Below, piece after piece: positions 13,801 to 25,700 of a DNA stretch of 64,000 nt. This DNA is from Pocillopora damicornis (Eukaryota). Each line of letters starts with the position of its first letter. Position 1 is the stretch's first letter. The notes beneath the pieces are model-generated. The model did no database searches. It was not told the origin of the DNA and saw only the letters and a list, made by a program, of their open reading frames with translations. The translations under genes and the position numbers were made by a program. The DNA lies in NCBI RefSeq assembly GCF_003704095.1, contig NW_020846649.1, forward strand, positions 248,001 to 312,000, in the 5' to 3' direction.

Positions 13801-15149
13801 TAATCAAGATTTTTTCTTTGTTCTCATCACTTGTCTGCTTGATATTGTATTGATAGCGTTAGGAGAAATTCTGTCTTGGTCACTCATGGGAGTTATCGGG
13901 TTAACCCAGTTTCCGTAGCATAAAGCGAGTTGGAGAATTGCAACTCCTCAGTCCTGTTGGACGGGATCAGTCTAGCCCGCGAGCACTAGCTTCGTTAGTA
14001 GCGCTGCAAGACGGGTATTTCTCTGTCCGTGGAAATATTTCAAGCGAATCACGGAGAGGTTTTCAGGGGGTTTGGCTCTAATAATCAGTGCTAGGCACCT
14101 TGCAGACCTCGCGGCGACTTACGTTGTTTAAGGCCTCACACTTTCCCGCGGGCGAAGAAACACTCGTGCCAAAGCACCAATGATGAGGGCCTGGTCGCCA
14201 GGATTAGCCTTTCATAGTTGACCACCCTGTGATTCGTCAAATGCCAAGAAGATTTGAACTAAGATAATTGAAAGTCGCCAGTTTGCGACCGTACACCATG
14301 ACATGGTCGCCAGAAATTATATTTAGTCGCAATTTTCCATGGAAGATGGCGACCAAGAATTGATGGTGTTTTGTGCAAATGATTATCTAAGTGGTAAAAG
14401 CGTTACACCTTACATGAACGTCGAACACAGTTTGTGAATTGTCTTTTTCGTTGTGAATTGTCTACTGCCCAAGTAGCGTTAATACTTGCGATGATGACTC
14501 TCATCTTAATAGTTCGTGAAATTCATTATGAGGACTTTCGCGGTCGCCGAAGTGTTTTCCGCCCATCATGTCGACCAAATCGGTCACCGCTTAGAGCGCT
14601 GCGTTTACACACACTGATGGCGAAAGACCGTTTGAGTCTTACATAAGGGCCGTTTGAGTCTTACATAAGGGGAGCCAACTAAGGCTCTAACCCGGATAGT
14701 TCGATCTGAAGTCTAGCGTGGCAAACATTAGGCCACCAAGTTCCCCACGAGAAATCTTCAAAACGAAGAAAAATTATTTATGTTATTATTTAGATAAGGA
14801 CGAATGTTCCTCAGACGAACACAGCTGCGACCGAGAATCAGAAAAATGCCGAAATATGCCGGGTAGTTTCACCTGCGATTGTCAGAAAGGCTTCAAACGT
14901 GATGGGGACAAATGTGTGAAAAAGAAAGGTAAAAAAAAGACGGATAAAGGCAAAAAGACAGTGGAAGAAGAGCTTGCAGATGTGCTAAAAAAGGGCGACT
15001 ACTTCAGCGAAATGCAAATGAAATTTGGTTCCGTCTTATTCGCATTATTTTTCGCTTGTGCAGTTGCCGCTGTCATGAAACGCAGCTTGCTTGCTATAGT
15101 TGTTATGACTGTTGTGTATGCTTTCATTTGGTGGTACTTCAGAACGTGA
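7884..15149 (+). CDS. CRELD: CRELD (cysteine-rich with EGF-like domains), membrane isoform with two C-terminal TM helices (CRELD1-like), ~477 aa
   Basis: Exons 7884-8033 (signal peptide, CPTC CXXC motif), 8680-8762 (KTAKANFGGGNTDWEERKL signature), 10143-10197 (SETRLVEIME), 10482-10537 (EEWW, WE domain), 10706-10758, 10852-10890, 11206-11255, 11497-11623, 11725-11826, 12422-12502, 12829-12930, 13332-13415, 13521-13616, 14794-15149. EGF, furin-like and Ca-binding EGF (DxDEC) repeats. Summed length 1434 nt is in frame. The start may be the second ATG at 7902. Confidence 0.95.
8822..9142 (+). repeat. ~320 bp interspersed repeat, copy 1
   Basis: Reverse-complement homologue of 57062-57393 (ctcagctaaatccaccaatcacagaattgatcacaat...cctattaccattattaa). 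Confidence 0.8.
9171..9342 (-). mobile_element. TTAA-flanked MITE, subfamily A (internally deleted)
   Basis: ttaacccattaact start; ggcagacagtacggagaattactaatgagatcttgagagttaaa end. Confidence 0.7.
9620..9837 (+). mobile_element. TTAA-flanked MITE, subfamily A
   Basis: taaccttttaactcccaagatctc ... gggagttaaagggttaa terminal inverted repeats. Confidence 0.8.
11985..12310 (+). repeat. Degenerate tandem-motif repeat (gcgc[ag]ggaaaa units) in a CRELD intron
   Basis: Recurrent aagcgcaggaaaa / gcgcgggaaaa motifs. Confidence 0.5.
13692..13904 (+). mobile_element. TTAA-flanked MITE, subfamily A
   Basis: ttatccctttaaatcccaagatctcattag ... gggagttatcgggttaa. Confidence 0.8.
14628..14671. repeat. Exact 22-bp tandem duplication
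   Basis: ccgtttgagtcttacataaggg twice. Confidence 0.85.
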
Positions 15150-16308
15150 CAGTTGTGGACACCTGAGGTAGAAGAAAGATTCTGCGTGATAGATGTAGGT
15201 CTGATTGTGGAGATGAAATGCAAGATCTGCATAATCAGACCCATTCACTTTTTGAAGCTTTTTGGCCTGAACACTTATTTTAGTGGTATCCCCCGAGAGG
15301 GTTTTTTAGAACAAGATAGACCCCCGTGTTTTTTCTTACCTCCGAGGTCGAACCACGTGTTGCTGTTAAACCAAAGCCTTCGTAGAGCCAATTCGTGCGT
15401 TATACATGTTCTATTAGTTGATTGAGATACCTGACTGGAGGTATCAATTCTTCTGATATCATATAATTTTTTTTCAATCTTGATAAAAATTCTAAAAAAA
15501 AATACAGAGAGAGTTAAGTTCAGGGAGATCAGGAGGTTGTCCATTTTTAACATCTTAAAAGATGTTAATGTAGCCTGAATCGTATAAAGTTTAATATATC
15601 AATACATCTATCGAATCAGAGGGCCGTTGTTTGTAATTGTTGGTTGAGCCGGGTTGGGAACTTTGCGATCCTAAACAAGCTTGGCTCTTTAGAGACATTT
15701 TGCACCACGAAAAGATTTTAAAAATATAAATGAAGAGCTCCTTTTATTTCAGCCGAAAGGCAGTTTATCTACCTACCTTAATTTAGCTGAAGTTTTACAG
15801 AAAACAATCGGTAATTTAGCTCGTTTATAAACTTTGACAATTTAGAGTAACATTTTGCCTATATTAATACTTTCAAAAAACCCCATTATTAAGGATGAAA
15901 TGTAGTTGCAGGAGTTTTGTGTATCTCTTGCGTGACAACATAGTAGTGTCACGTAATTCGAGTTACATTGTGCTAATGACGTAACTTACTCTTAAATGCT
16001 TTTATCCAGAAATTCACTTGTGTGGTGTCACTTTTGCTGTTGTTGCTTCTCTTTCTATCGGGTTTCCTCTAACATCCCTCTTTCAAGAGGAGGAAGAACT
16101 CCAAGTGTTTTTTTTTTTTATAAACGATGTCAACTCGTTTCTCTAAAGGTCGTGTGTAAAGTTCGTGAAGAGTGTTCGTTCTGCTTGGTTGTAGCTTTAT
16201 GGCGTACGTGTGCTTGTTTTTTCTTTGTTTGCTAATGTTATGTGTGTTTATTTGGGTTACTTCGTTTTGTTTATTTTGTTTTGTTTTGTTTTTCTGTTGT
16301 TACTGTAG

Positions 16309-16412
16309 CAGTTGTGAAGCATGAAGAGGAGCAGGAGGAAGATGATGACGAGGACGATGAAAAAGAAAAGGATAATAGCAAAAGTGACTCCAGCGAGAAG
16401 GAGGAATTATGA
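16309..16412 (+). CDS. CRELD: Alternative terminal exon of CRELD encoding an acidic tail ending KEEL (soluble CRELD2-like isoform, ~438 aa)
   Basis: Long T-rich tract then tag/cag tandem acceptor at 16306-16311. Phase-1 reading gives (A)VVKHEEEQEEDDDEDDEKEKDNSKSDSSEKEEL-stop. AATAAA at 16448-16453. A phase-1 donor AAG/gtaaaa after 14928 lies just after the last EGF domain and before the TM region. Confidence 0.85.
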
Positions 16413-17726
16413 AACAATTCTTTTGTAAAATTGTAAGGGAATTTAGAAATAAATTATTTATTCAATTCTTAACAAACCTTGCTACACCGCCCACTAAGAA
16501 ACATTGTAGTGAGGGTACTCAAGGTTTCTACCCTCCCAGGGGGTTCTAAGTAGAGTTATCCCCCCTATTCGCCTCCACCTCTCAAACTGCGTGACATCTG
16601 CGCACGTACACTGGCAAGTGCACAAAAGTCAGACACGAAAACACCTACAGATTGCAAGTATAAAAATGGAACGTGCGCCCCTGATCGTCACACTACACTT
16701 GGGTTTTAGACTATTCTGAGTTAAAGAAGTGCTTTACTCTACTACTTAAAAGTCGTAAACTATGTTTGCACATGATTGTACAACATGGAAGGGAAATGTA
16801 TCCCAACACAACCTGAACCAAATGCATATTCATCTTACTAAGGAAGAACTGGGAATAAGTCTAGATTGAGGGTTCCTGCGATCATGCCTGTTCACATTAT
16901 TTCTCTCGACAACAAGAACGCCAGATCGAAAGTTAGGAGCAGGGAGAAAGACCGCATTCATTGTTTAATTTTCTTTTTTTTATTAGTATCTGTTTCATAT
17001 TTCTACTTCCTTGAACATTCGAAGAAAAATCTACACCCTGTGGGGACTTTCTCGCAATGTTACTCTCTGCTCCAGGTATTTATTCACCGATTTTTGCTCG
17101 CTCGCAATATCGTCTTTGCTACACGACGGTTACAGTTCTTATAAAGAAAGTAGTGAAACAAAAGTGATGGCAAAGAGCGGCGCCAAACATCACCGTGGCT
17201 CTTTAGGAAGTAACTTTATTATCACTTAGACAGAAGGGTCCACATTGCGCCGCAATCTTTAAAATACTTTCATTTGGCTCCATGAAAACAAATTCTTTAC
17301 GCTTCAGAGTTAAATTGAGATATCATAGTCTACTTATTCTGATTGCATAAGAGATGAAACGTCGATGTATCACAAACCATGTTACGCTGTCAGACGCAAC
17401 GAACACTCCTAACGTCATGGCTCATGACAGAAAGGAAACGATTTTTAGTCACCAGTCTCCGCTACTATAGCCACGTCACATTTTTCCACTTTGTGTTAAA
17501 ATCAATACTGTATCAGCTACAACCGTATCCTCTGATTGAGGTCTGAGTTCGAGTACGAGGCAGCAATATTTGCTCGGCGCATGATGTGTGGAAGCATGCT
17601 CATTCAACTAATAATTACATTGTTATCTTTAGTTAGAAGTTCTCCGGTTTCTACAGGCAAACTGATTTGAGTATAAGGTATTCAAAGAGGACTCAATTTT
17701 TATTTCGTTTTAATCGTTACTCAGAG

Positions 17727-20700
17727 TCAATAATCGTCGTCATCGTTATCAGGTTGGGCAGTCTCCACCTCCTCGTAATCTTTCTCCAGAGCAGCAAGAT
17801 CTTCACGCGCTTCAATAAACTCTCCTTCCTCCATGCCTTCGCCGACATACCAGTGAACAAACGCGCGTTTAGCAAACATCAAATCGAACTTGTGATCCAA
17901 ACGAGCCCACGCCTCAGCGATGGCAGTGCTGTTACTAAGCATGCAAAGCGCCCGGAGCAAATTGGCCTGATCCCCGCCGGGGACAACCGAAGGGGGCTGG
18001 TAGTTGATTCCCACCTTGAAACCCGTCGGGCACCATTCGACGAATTGCACGGTGCGTTTGGATTTTGTGGCGCAAATTGACGCGTTCACGTCTTTGGGAA
18101 CGACGTCGCCTCTGTAGAGCATACAGCAAGCCATGTACTGTCCATGCCTCGGATCGCATTTGACCATCTGATTGGACGGAAGGAAACATCGGTTGGTTAT
18201 TTCTGCCACGGTCAGCTGCTCGTGATAGGCTTTTTCTGCGGAAATGATCGGAGAATAGGACACCAGAGGGTAGTGAATTCTCGGATATGGCACAAGGTTG
18301 GTCTGGAATTCAGTCAGATCGACATTCAATGCGCCATCGAAACGAAGAGAGGCAGTGATGGAGGACACTACCTGCCCGATCAGACGATTGAGATTCATAT
18401 ACGTCGGTCGTTCAACATCCAGGTTTATCCGACACAGATCATAGATGGCCTCATTGTCCATCAGGAACGAACAGTCTGCATGTTCCAGAGTGGAATGCGT
18501 GGTCAATACAGCGTTGTAAGGTTCGACCACTGCTGTAGACACTCTGGGCGAAGGATAAACACAAAACTCCAGCTTCGACTTCTTGCTGTAATCAACAGCC
18601 AAGCGCTCGATGAGGAGAGAAGAAAATCCCGAACCTGTTCCACCACCGAACGAATGCGAAAGAAGGAATCCTTGGAGACCAGAGCACTGATCCGCCTGCA
18701 AAATATAAACCAAAGCCCTTGGGTAGACTAGGAAACTCTTTACTGCGATGTAGAGAATACAGTAAGAAGTTTTCTCGTCTACCCAAAGGCAAACCACAGA
18801 TTTTCCAATACGTGATTTTAAACCGTCATCCATTAAAAAAGCACAACTGAGGCAGACAGAACAGTAGCGCAGACGTCAAGAACCGACTCGCCTGTAATAT
18901 GTCTAAACCCAAGGCTGCAATTGAAACTAAACTTAAAACGAAAACCGCCCCACATGGCATGAACCCTCCCTGCAAGAGGGTTATAAAATTAATCACAAAT
19001 ATTTTGAGCCCACAGCCGTGGGTTTATACAAATACAGAGCGAGACAATTCCTAACGGCCGATTGTCACTAATGGGTCTTTCGAACTCCTTTAAAACATAT
19101 CCTAAAATTTCGGAAATTTTGTATGAGTGTGTGCAGGTGTACATGTAATTTTTCTTTCTGTATACAGGGTGAGGTTGACCGCAGGAAGGGGCAAATAAAA
19201 TCACCAACAGATGTACTTTTCATCAGGGGATTTTCTTTTTTAACAATTTTTTTATTTTAAGCCCCGAGTCATTCATTCTTCTGATCACTTTAGAGGAGGT
19301 GGTGAACTTTTAGTTTACTTTTTTTTTCTTATGTTTTGTTGTTTTGTTTATGTCACTTTTTCCTTAAGCATTTTTATCTGCCACCACCGTTCCTCAATTT
19401 TATTCATGTTTTTTGTTTGTTTGTTTTCTATTTCTTTTTGTCTCTGGGGCTTTCTTTCTTTGATTATTTTTGTTGTTGTTGTTGTTTTTGCTTATGTTAT
19501 TTTTTTCCGTCGTTTTCCTGTTTTATGCTTTTCTTTTCCCTCCCTGGAGTACATCTGTTAGCCATTTCATTTGGGGAAGGGCCCGACCGGGTCAAACCTC
19601 AGAAACCAGTTGTTGTGGATCATTTTCCAATCACACTTTCCATTTTGCCCCCAAAACACCATCTCCGTCAACCGCAAGCCAAACCTTCAAAGTATTTCAA
19701 GTCTTTCCCTCCAAAAGCAATTTCACTACTATTCCTTCCCTACCCATATCTGCCTCAGTGGCCAAACTCTATCAACACACAACATGATATCTAACTAACG
19801 TCTACCCTTGCAGTAGTTTCGAAAAACCACTGACCATTCTTCGGATTCTATCCATCACCAGGTCGAGGATTTCCTTTCCTATGGTGTAGTGCCCGCGAGC
19901 ATAATTGTTAGCGGCGTCCTCCTTGCCACTAATCATCTGTTCCGGGTGGTAGAGTTCTCGATAAATTCCTGTACGTGCCTCATCTGTGGACAAAACACGA
20001 TCAGTGATCACCAGAATCTAATCTTCACAGAGGAAATAACCACATCGTGATAAAGCAAACAAACAAATACGATAACAAGAGCACAAAACAAAAGCAACAA
20101 GAACAGCTAAAACAACAAAAACTTTGGATAAAAATTGACTTTGGTGTTTGTTTACTGACTACTTGCAACCTCCCATTTTGTTGATAGAAGGTCAGGACAC
20201 TAGCCATTTGCAGCACAAGTTTCCTACCTCTCCTCCACGGTTGGGTAGCAGTGTCCATCCTTCCCTCCCCTCCCGCCCACAGACCTCTTTTGCTTATAAT
20301 ACAAAATTTTAGTCGAAGTTTTGACGCGATAGGGGTGGATTTTTGAAGTGGTTTAACTGCATAATTTCGTATATTCTCCTTTAAGGATTTTCTAGAGCAA
20401 GAGCATTCAAAAAAGAAATTGCAAATGACAAAAACAAAGCAAGATCAAAGGGGAGAAAACACGGCAAGTCAGATTGAGTTCTTTATGACTTTTAAGCCTA
20501 GGACCAAAATACTTATTATAATCCTTATCGGAGAAAAAGCAACAAATGCGAGAACTACAAAACAGCTTAGAAGAAGGCTAAATCACTTTCAATCGATAAA
20601 GCTTGGTTAGTATCGGTAGAATGTTACTCCTCTATTAACCAGAATTCATGTACACTTAAGTAAAGTTGGTTATATCTTGCTGAAGCCAAGTTCATAGTTG

Positions 20701-21371
20701 AAAGTTAAACTTTTGAAACACAATTCGTAAGTCCTATTAAAATATTTATTTTCATAAACGCCTTCATACTAAGGGCAACTATGGAAGCGAATATCGGATC
20801 AAATCAAAGTAGAGTAGGATATTTTCATCAAATTGTTAGCGACCTACCCACGACAGTTGGTTCCAGGTCGACAAAAATTGATCGAGGAACAAACTTTCCC
20901 GCCTCTGTCTCGTTAAAAAAAGTGTTGAATGAATCATCATGGATTTCACAGGAAGGATTGCTGATTTTACCGTTCGCTAAAATGCCATGTTCAAGGCAGT
21001 ATAGCTCCCAGCAAGCGTTGCCGATTTGGACTCCAGCTTGTCCGATGTGGACAGAAATACACTCGCGCTAAAAGACATGGTAAAAAAAACGTGAAATAAA
21101 TAAAAGAAAGTGTAAAAGAGAAATAAAGCTAAAGTGGCGGTGTTTCACAAACCAATGCACTCAAAGGGACTTCAAAAGTTTCAACAAGTTTTGTAAGCTA
21201 TGAATATCTCAAGATGGCGTAAACAAACTTGAAAGTATGTGTTTCATAATATTTCCATGGAGCAAAATAATCTCAAACTGCTGTTTTGAAAATATCCTGT
21301 CCCTCACAATAGATAAATCCACAGACGAAATTTCAATAACCATTAGAGTTTCAGAGCAAAAATCCTACCAT
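17727..21371 (-). CDS. TUBA: Divergent alpha-tubulin, ~446 aa
   Basis: ATG probably 21371-21369 followed by gtagga; exons 21067-20848 ([24 protein letters not shown]), 19983-19835 ([15 protein letters not shown]), 18695-17727 ([40 protein letters not shown]). Classic ATG/intron layout of animal alpha-tubulins. The ATG exon position is the least certain part. Confidence 0.95.
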
Positions 21372-22073
21372 TTTCTGCCAAAAAGTTTGGAGAAATTTTT
21401 GATGAACCGAGCAGCGAGCGGTTCGAAGATAAAATTGAGTTTGTGTACCAAAATCATATCATTAATTAAGTCTAAGTCAATTAGAACAATAGGATTAATT
21501 AGAAAATCGGATAATTAGAGCGATAATAATTTAGTAAAATAGTAGTTTTATTTACTTTACCTGGTGGTATTTTTAGAAAGAGGTTGTACAAAAACTGCCA
21601 TCTGTAAAGTAACTTCCGAAATTGATGGCGACAAAATTATTTGAGATTCATGTATGCCGCGTGAGTACGTCATTTAAAAACCAGCCAATGGTGTTTGAGT
21701 ATTGTGTGACGTGGAGGGTCACGCAATCGTAGCTCAAACGGTCTTGGCGTTACCACTGTTTTTACTTGCATTTAGTGAGGATCCACGAAGGAAAGGAAGG
21801 AAGGAAACGCGCCATTTTGGTATCATTTTGACAAGGGAGGGTTCCCGTCGGAACCTTCCTTTTGTTTTGCTCCAAATTGTTTGAGATAAATATGACACCA
21901 GTTGCGTGAGAGAAAGCTTCTCCTCTCAAATGTCTTTTATGGCAACGAAGGCTCTCAGAGCACATGCGCGCTGTGTTAAAATTGTAACATATATCATTGA
22001 TCAATTTTTTTAAAAGTCGTCTGTTGCCAATCGATTTTATTAAAGCTATCAATAATAAACAGTTTACCCTGTA

Positions 22074-22285
22074 TTAACCCTTTAAATTCTATGAGTGACC
22101 AGAATCTAATTTCTCCTTACAGTATCATCCCTGAATCAAACATCAAGATCAAGAGAATAAAGGAAATGATTGCCAACTAAGGAAGCTATTGATTTTTAAA
22201 CAAATTCTCCTTGTCAGCACGTTAGGAAATGTATAGAGAACAGTATGGAGAATATGCGTACTGATGTTAGGGTGTAAAGGGTTAA
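22074..22285 (+). mobile_element. TTAA-flanked MITE, subfamily B (best-preserved ends, piggyBac-like)
   Basis: TTAA-CCCTTTA ... TAAAGGG-TTAA. Confidence 0.8.
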
Positions 22286-22751
22286 AATATCTCTATTCAG
22301 CACAAACCCTTAGGATTGCCCAAGATATATGAGCCCACGATATAAGGGCAATTCACTAGAGGGGATATTCTACACTAAGCACGTAGCAACAAAGCCGAGA
22401 GAAAATTTTTAGGAGAAACTTTATTCTTCATTTATTTCCTAAAACACGAGCTTTGGGAGATGCGTACGTTCATGATCCTTTGTCGTTAAATCTCATTTAG
22501 TCTCAGCCAGACCTGGTGAGAAAGAACTTGTCAAACTTGCCAACTTGATCCTAAATTTTCAAATTTCTGATCGTTTTTATCTGATCGTGGCTAAAAAGGT
22601 CTCCTCTAAAATAGCCATTGAAATTGGAAATTTTTCGTTGGAAACAATAATCCTTATGGCCAGAAATAATTTTGGTCTAAACTGTCAAGTCACTGACAGT
22701 CACATTTTCGCAAAAACAATAATGCAGCCCATGATTTCATGATACAACCTT

Positions 22752-25700
22752 TCAGCTCTCAGTTCTCGTTTCCTTTTCTGGATATTGCTGAAGGTTATCA
22801 TAACATGAAGTTTTCTCCATAAACAACACTTCCTGTTCAAAGTCACTCTGTGATTTGTTAGATTGAAATGGCCTCGTATCATCAAGTTGAGGCTGATAGA
22901 TATTGCATCCATTGGACATGGAGACAGCTTTCATGGAGCACCTCATACTCAGCGGTTGTACGTATGAACTTACACAAACCAAGTCTCCCGCAGCCTGTGA
23001 CGTCATAATACCCTTTATGCTACCTCCCTTTGGATTAGCTCTGCGAACTGGGGAGAGCAATCCAGCTAATGGCTCCGGCTTGTAACCGAGATCATTGTTA
23101 CGCAAATCAGAGAATGAACTTGAAAACGAATCAAAATTATTAGTCAAATCTCGTTCATTTTCTTCGTCTCTTGGTAGTTTTTCTTTAGATTCAGTTAATA
23201 CTTCTGTGGAAGATCTGCAGCCGTAATTTACGTAGGAGCTGGCACAGTCACGTGCCTGTAGCATTTCATCTCTCTTAGCCTCCATGTAGAAACTTTGCGC
23301 ATGCGTGTCGCAATCTATGGCATGTTCTTTGATTTTTGCCTTTTGGCCGTCAGTAAAAGGAAACTCATCTTTTGTGTCTCCAGCGATTTTCGCCAGATCA
23401 TCATAAACAGCCTTGGTCTGGTTGAAGCTGGGCGTGGCCTTGGTGTCAACGCGTTTAAAACCATCATGAGGTTCGCGATGAGGAGCAATGAAACGTTTCT
23501 CGAATTCTCCCTCCCCAGTTTCCGCCATTTTATTTCTTGGAGGAATTTGAACAAATTGTGCATCGTAGCTTAAGTTGGATGGAAAGAAGGTCACCACTTT
23601 TGCATTTCCTTTCCCTTTTCTAGATCTTGTTTTCAAACTGCTCTTCCTTCGTTTTCCACCATCAAACAGATTTTCTGAATCATTGTATGTTCCAAGTTTG
23701 TCCATACAGGAAAGCTTTCTTAAATCGGAGTCGGAGAAAGTCAATCTGTCGGAGGCCTTAGTCTTCTTCCTGAACAATTGATCCCGGCACGGGTCAAAAA
23801 CAACCCCGGGGTCAGACTCTAAATCGATGTTTAGATAGCTCTTCGAGAATCCCAGGGGGAACTCTTGCAGCTCTATCATCTGACGTCTCCGTGGACGGAG
23901 TTTAAGAGCATACTCTACCACTTCGTCGTCTGCGTCCAGTGAATCGCGTGACCGTCTTCCGTAGCGATCCACAAATTTCTCCTTAGATTCTCTAGTGCTT
24001 CCGTAAGTGCTGGGTCTTCGATTTAAGAACGCACCGATACTCGTCCATTCAGGTTCATAGTTGGTGTGCTGTGATTGCTCTTTTTCTGTAGCTCTGAGAC
24101 GTTTGTATCGATATTTCGCGGGTTCGTAGGAGTGGCTTCCGTGTGATCCCTTAAACAAGCTGGATACTTTACTTTTAGCTTGATTTAATTTCCCAGATTG
24201 TTTATTGTTATGCGGCAAAGAGTTCTGTGGAAAAAAATCAAACAGTTTCTTTAATTTCTTTAAATATACTAGCTGCTATCGAAAGATGTCATTCGTTTTG
24301 TCACGAGCGTAAAACAAAGAGAAACTGAGTTTACGCGAGGAATCGAATTCACGCCATACCATCGAATTCCGCGCTCTAATTCTCGACATATAAGCTACAG
24401 AGACTTCTATAGTGAGTTAGGCCACTATTAGGCTGATATGTGACAGGCATCCTACATACTGAGGAGATTTGCTGAACCGTTAGTCAATCGCAAAGCGAGC
24501 TAGTAGTTCATCATTTTTCAAACTGACTCACAATCTGTCATTCAGCCGTTGGTCACTTAGACGGTCACTTGCTCGGTCATTCAAGTGGGCTGTGAGTTTA
24601 TTTAGTTGGTTTGTCAGTAGTCAATCTCTCGGTCAGACAGAGAGAAAGTCAGTTATAGTCACTCAATCCTTCAGTTCATTTTTCGATCATTGCCCGTTTG
24701 ACTTATAAGAAATCAGCATTGAGAAAGCATAATACGAGTTAAGGATATCTACCTGTGAATACAAGTTTCCTGAACTTGCTCGATAGTGTCTGTCACTAGT
24801 AGCCATGGTAACGCTGGCTTGATGCGGTTTTTCACTATATGTCATGGTTTTTGTGGCATCTCTGTGCAGCATGCATTTTCCGCATATTCGTTTCTCTGAG
24901 TCTGTAATGGGACAACTGACATCATGTTCACTTCGTTGGCGCCTCCACAGGCAACCCCAAGGGAGATGGACGCAGAGGGCCACAACAACCACCAAAATGA
25001 CGGCCCCGGCCACAGATGTGATGTACCAATTAGTTTCTGAATGTTCCTTTGGAGAGTACGCTACTGCTGTTGAAAAATGAGCAAAGTGATTTTACGATCC
25101 CCTAATAGATAGCAAAGTGTCTAAAAAAAGTTCCACCCCTTTTAAAGCGCCATAGCAGTTTTCAGTTGAGTGTGGAAAGTAATCAAAGATTGCATTGGTT
25201 TTGTGTAGCTTCGTTCTGTGTTTGGTATGGAAAACTCGCCCCACTTTTTCATGCAACCAATCGCATGCAACCAATCGCATGCAAAACTAACCCTAAGCAA
25301 TTACTGGTTACCCACATTTTCCCGCGCTTTTGACGGTTGGTTTGTTTTTTATTTCAAGTTTTCATTGGTTCTTTAGAGTATTTTCTTCCTTTGGATTGGT
25401 CGTTTAATTTCTTCGGTTTTGCTTTTACGCAACTCAGTCGATAAGCGCTTTACAAAATTTCAAAGATCCTAAAGTCGATCTGAAAGCTCTGCACACGAGC
25501 TTTGTAATTTTATTGGTCACAAACTGAATTTTTATCTGTACACGTAAAAGTAGGAATTACTATGTGGAATATGAGAAACAGTACAGAGGGTTTTATTACA
25601 CCACTTAAGTAAGATCCACCGCATAGAGCGCAAGGAAATCTCGTATAAAAGTAATGCTTGAAGCGTGGGCAAACAGGAGTGGCCATGTCATGTCGTGTAT

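Noticed and set aside
17667-18731. Plus-strand ORFs of 137 and 195 aa
   Set aside because: Antisense shadows of the tubulin exon.
19331-19798. Hydrophobic Phe/Cys-rich ORFs
   Set aside because: Translation of T-rich low-complexity intron sequence.
24281-24465. tRNA gene
   Set aside because: Only a degenerate B-box-like motif and no cloverleaf; treated as a SINE-like relic.
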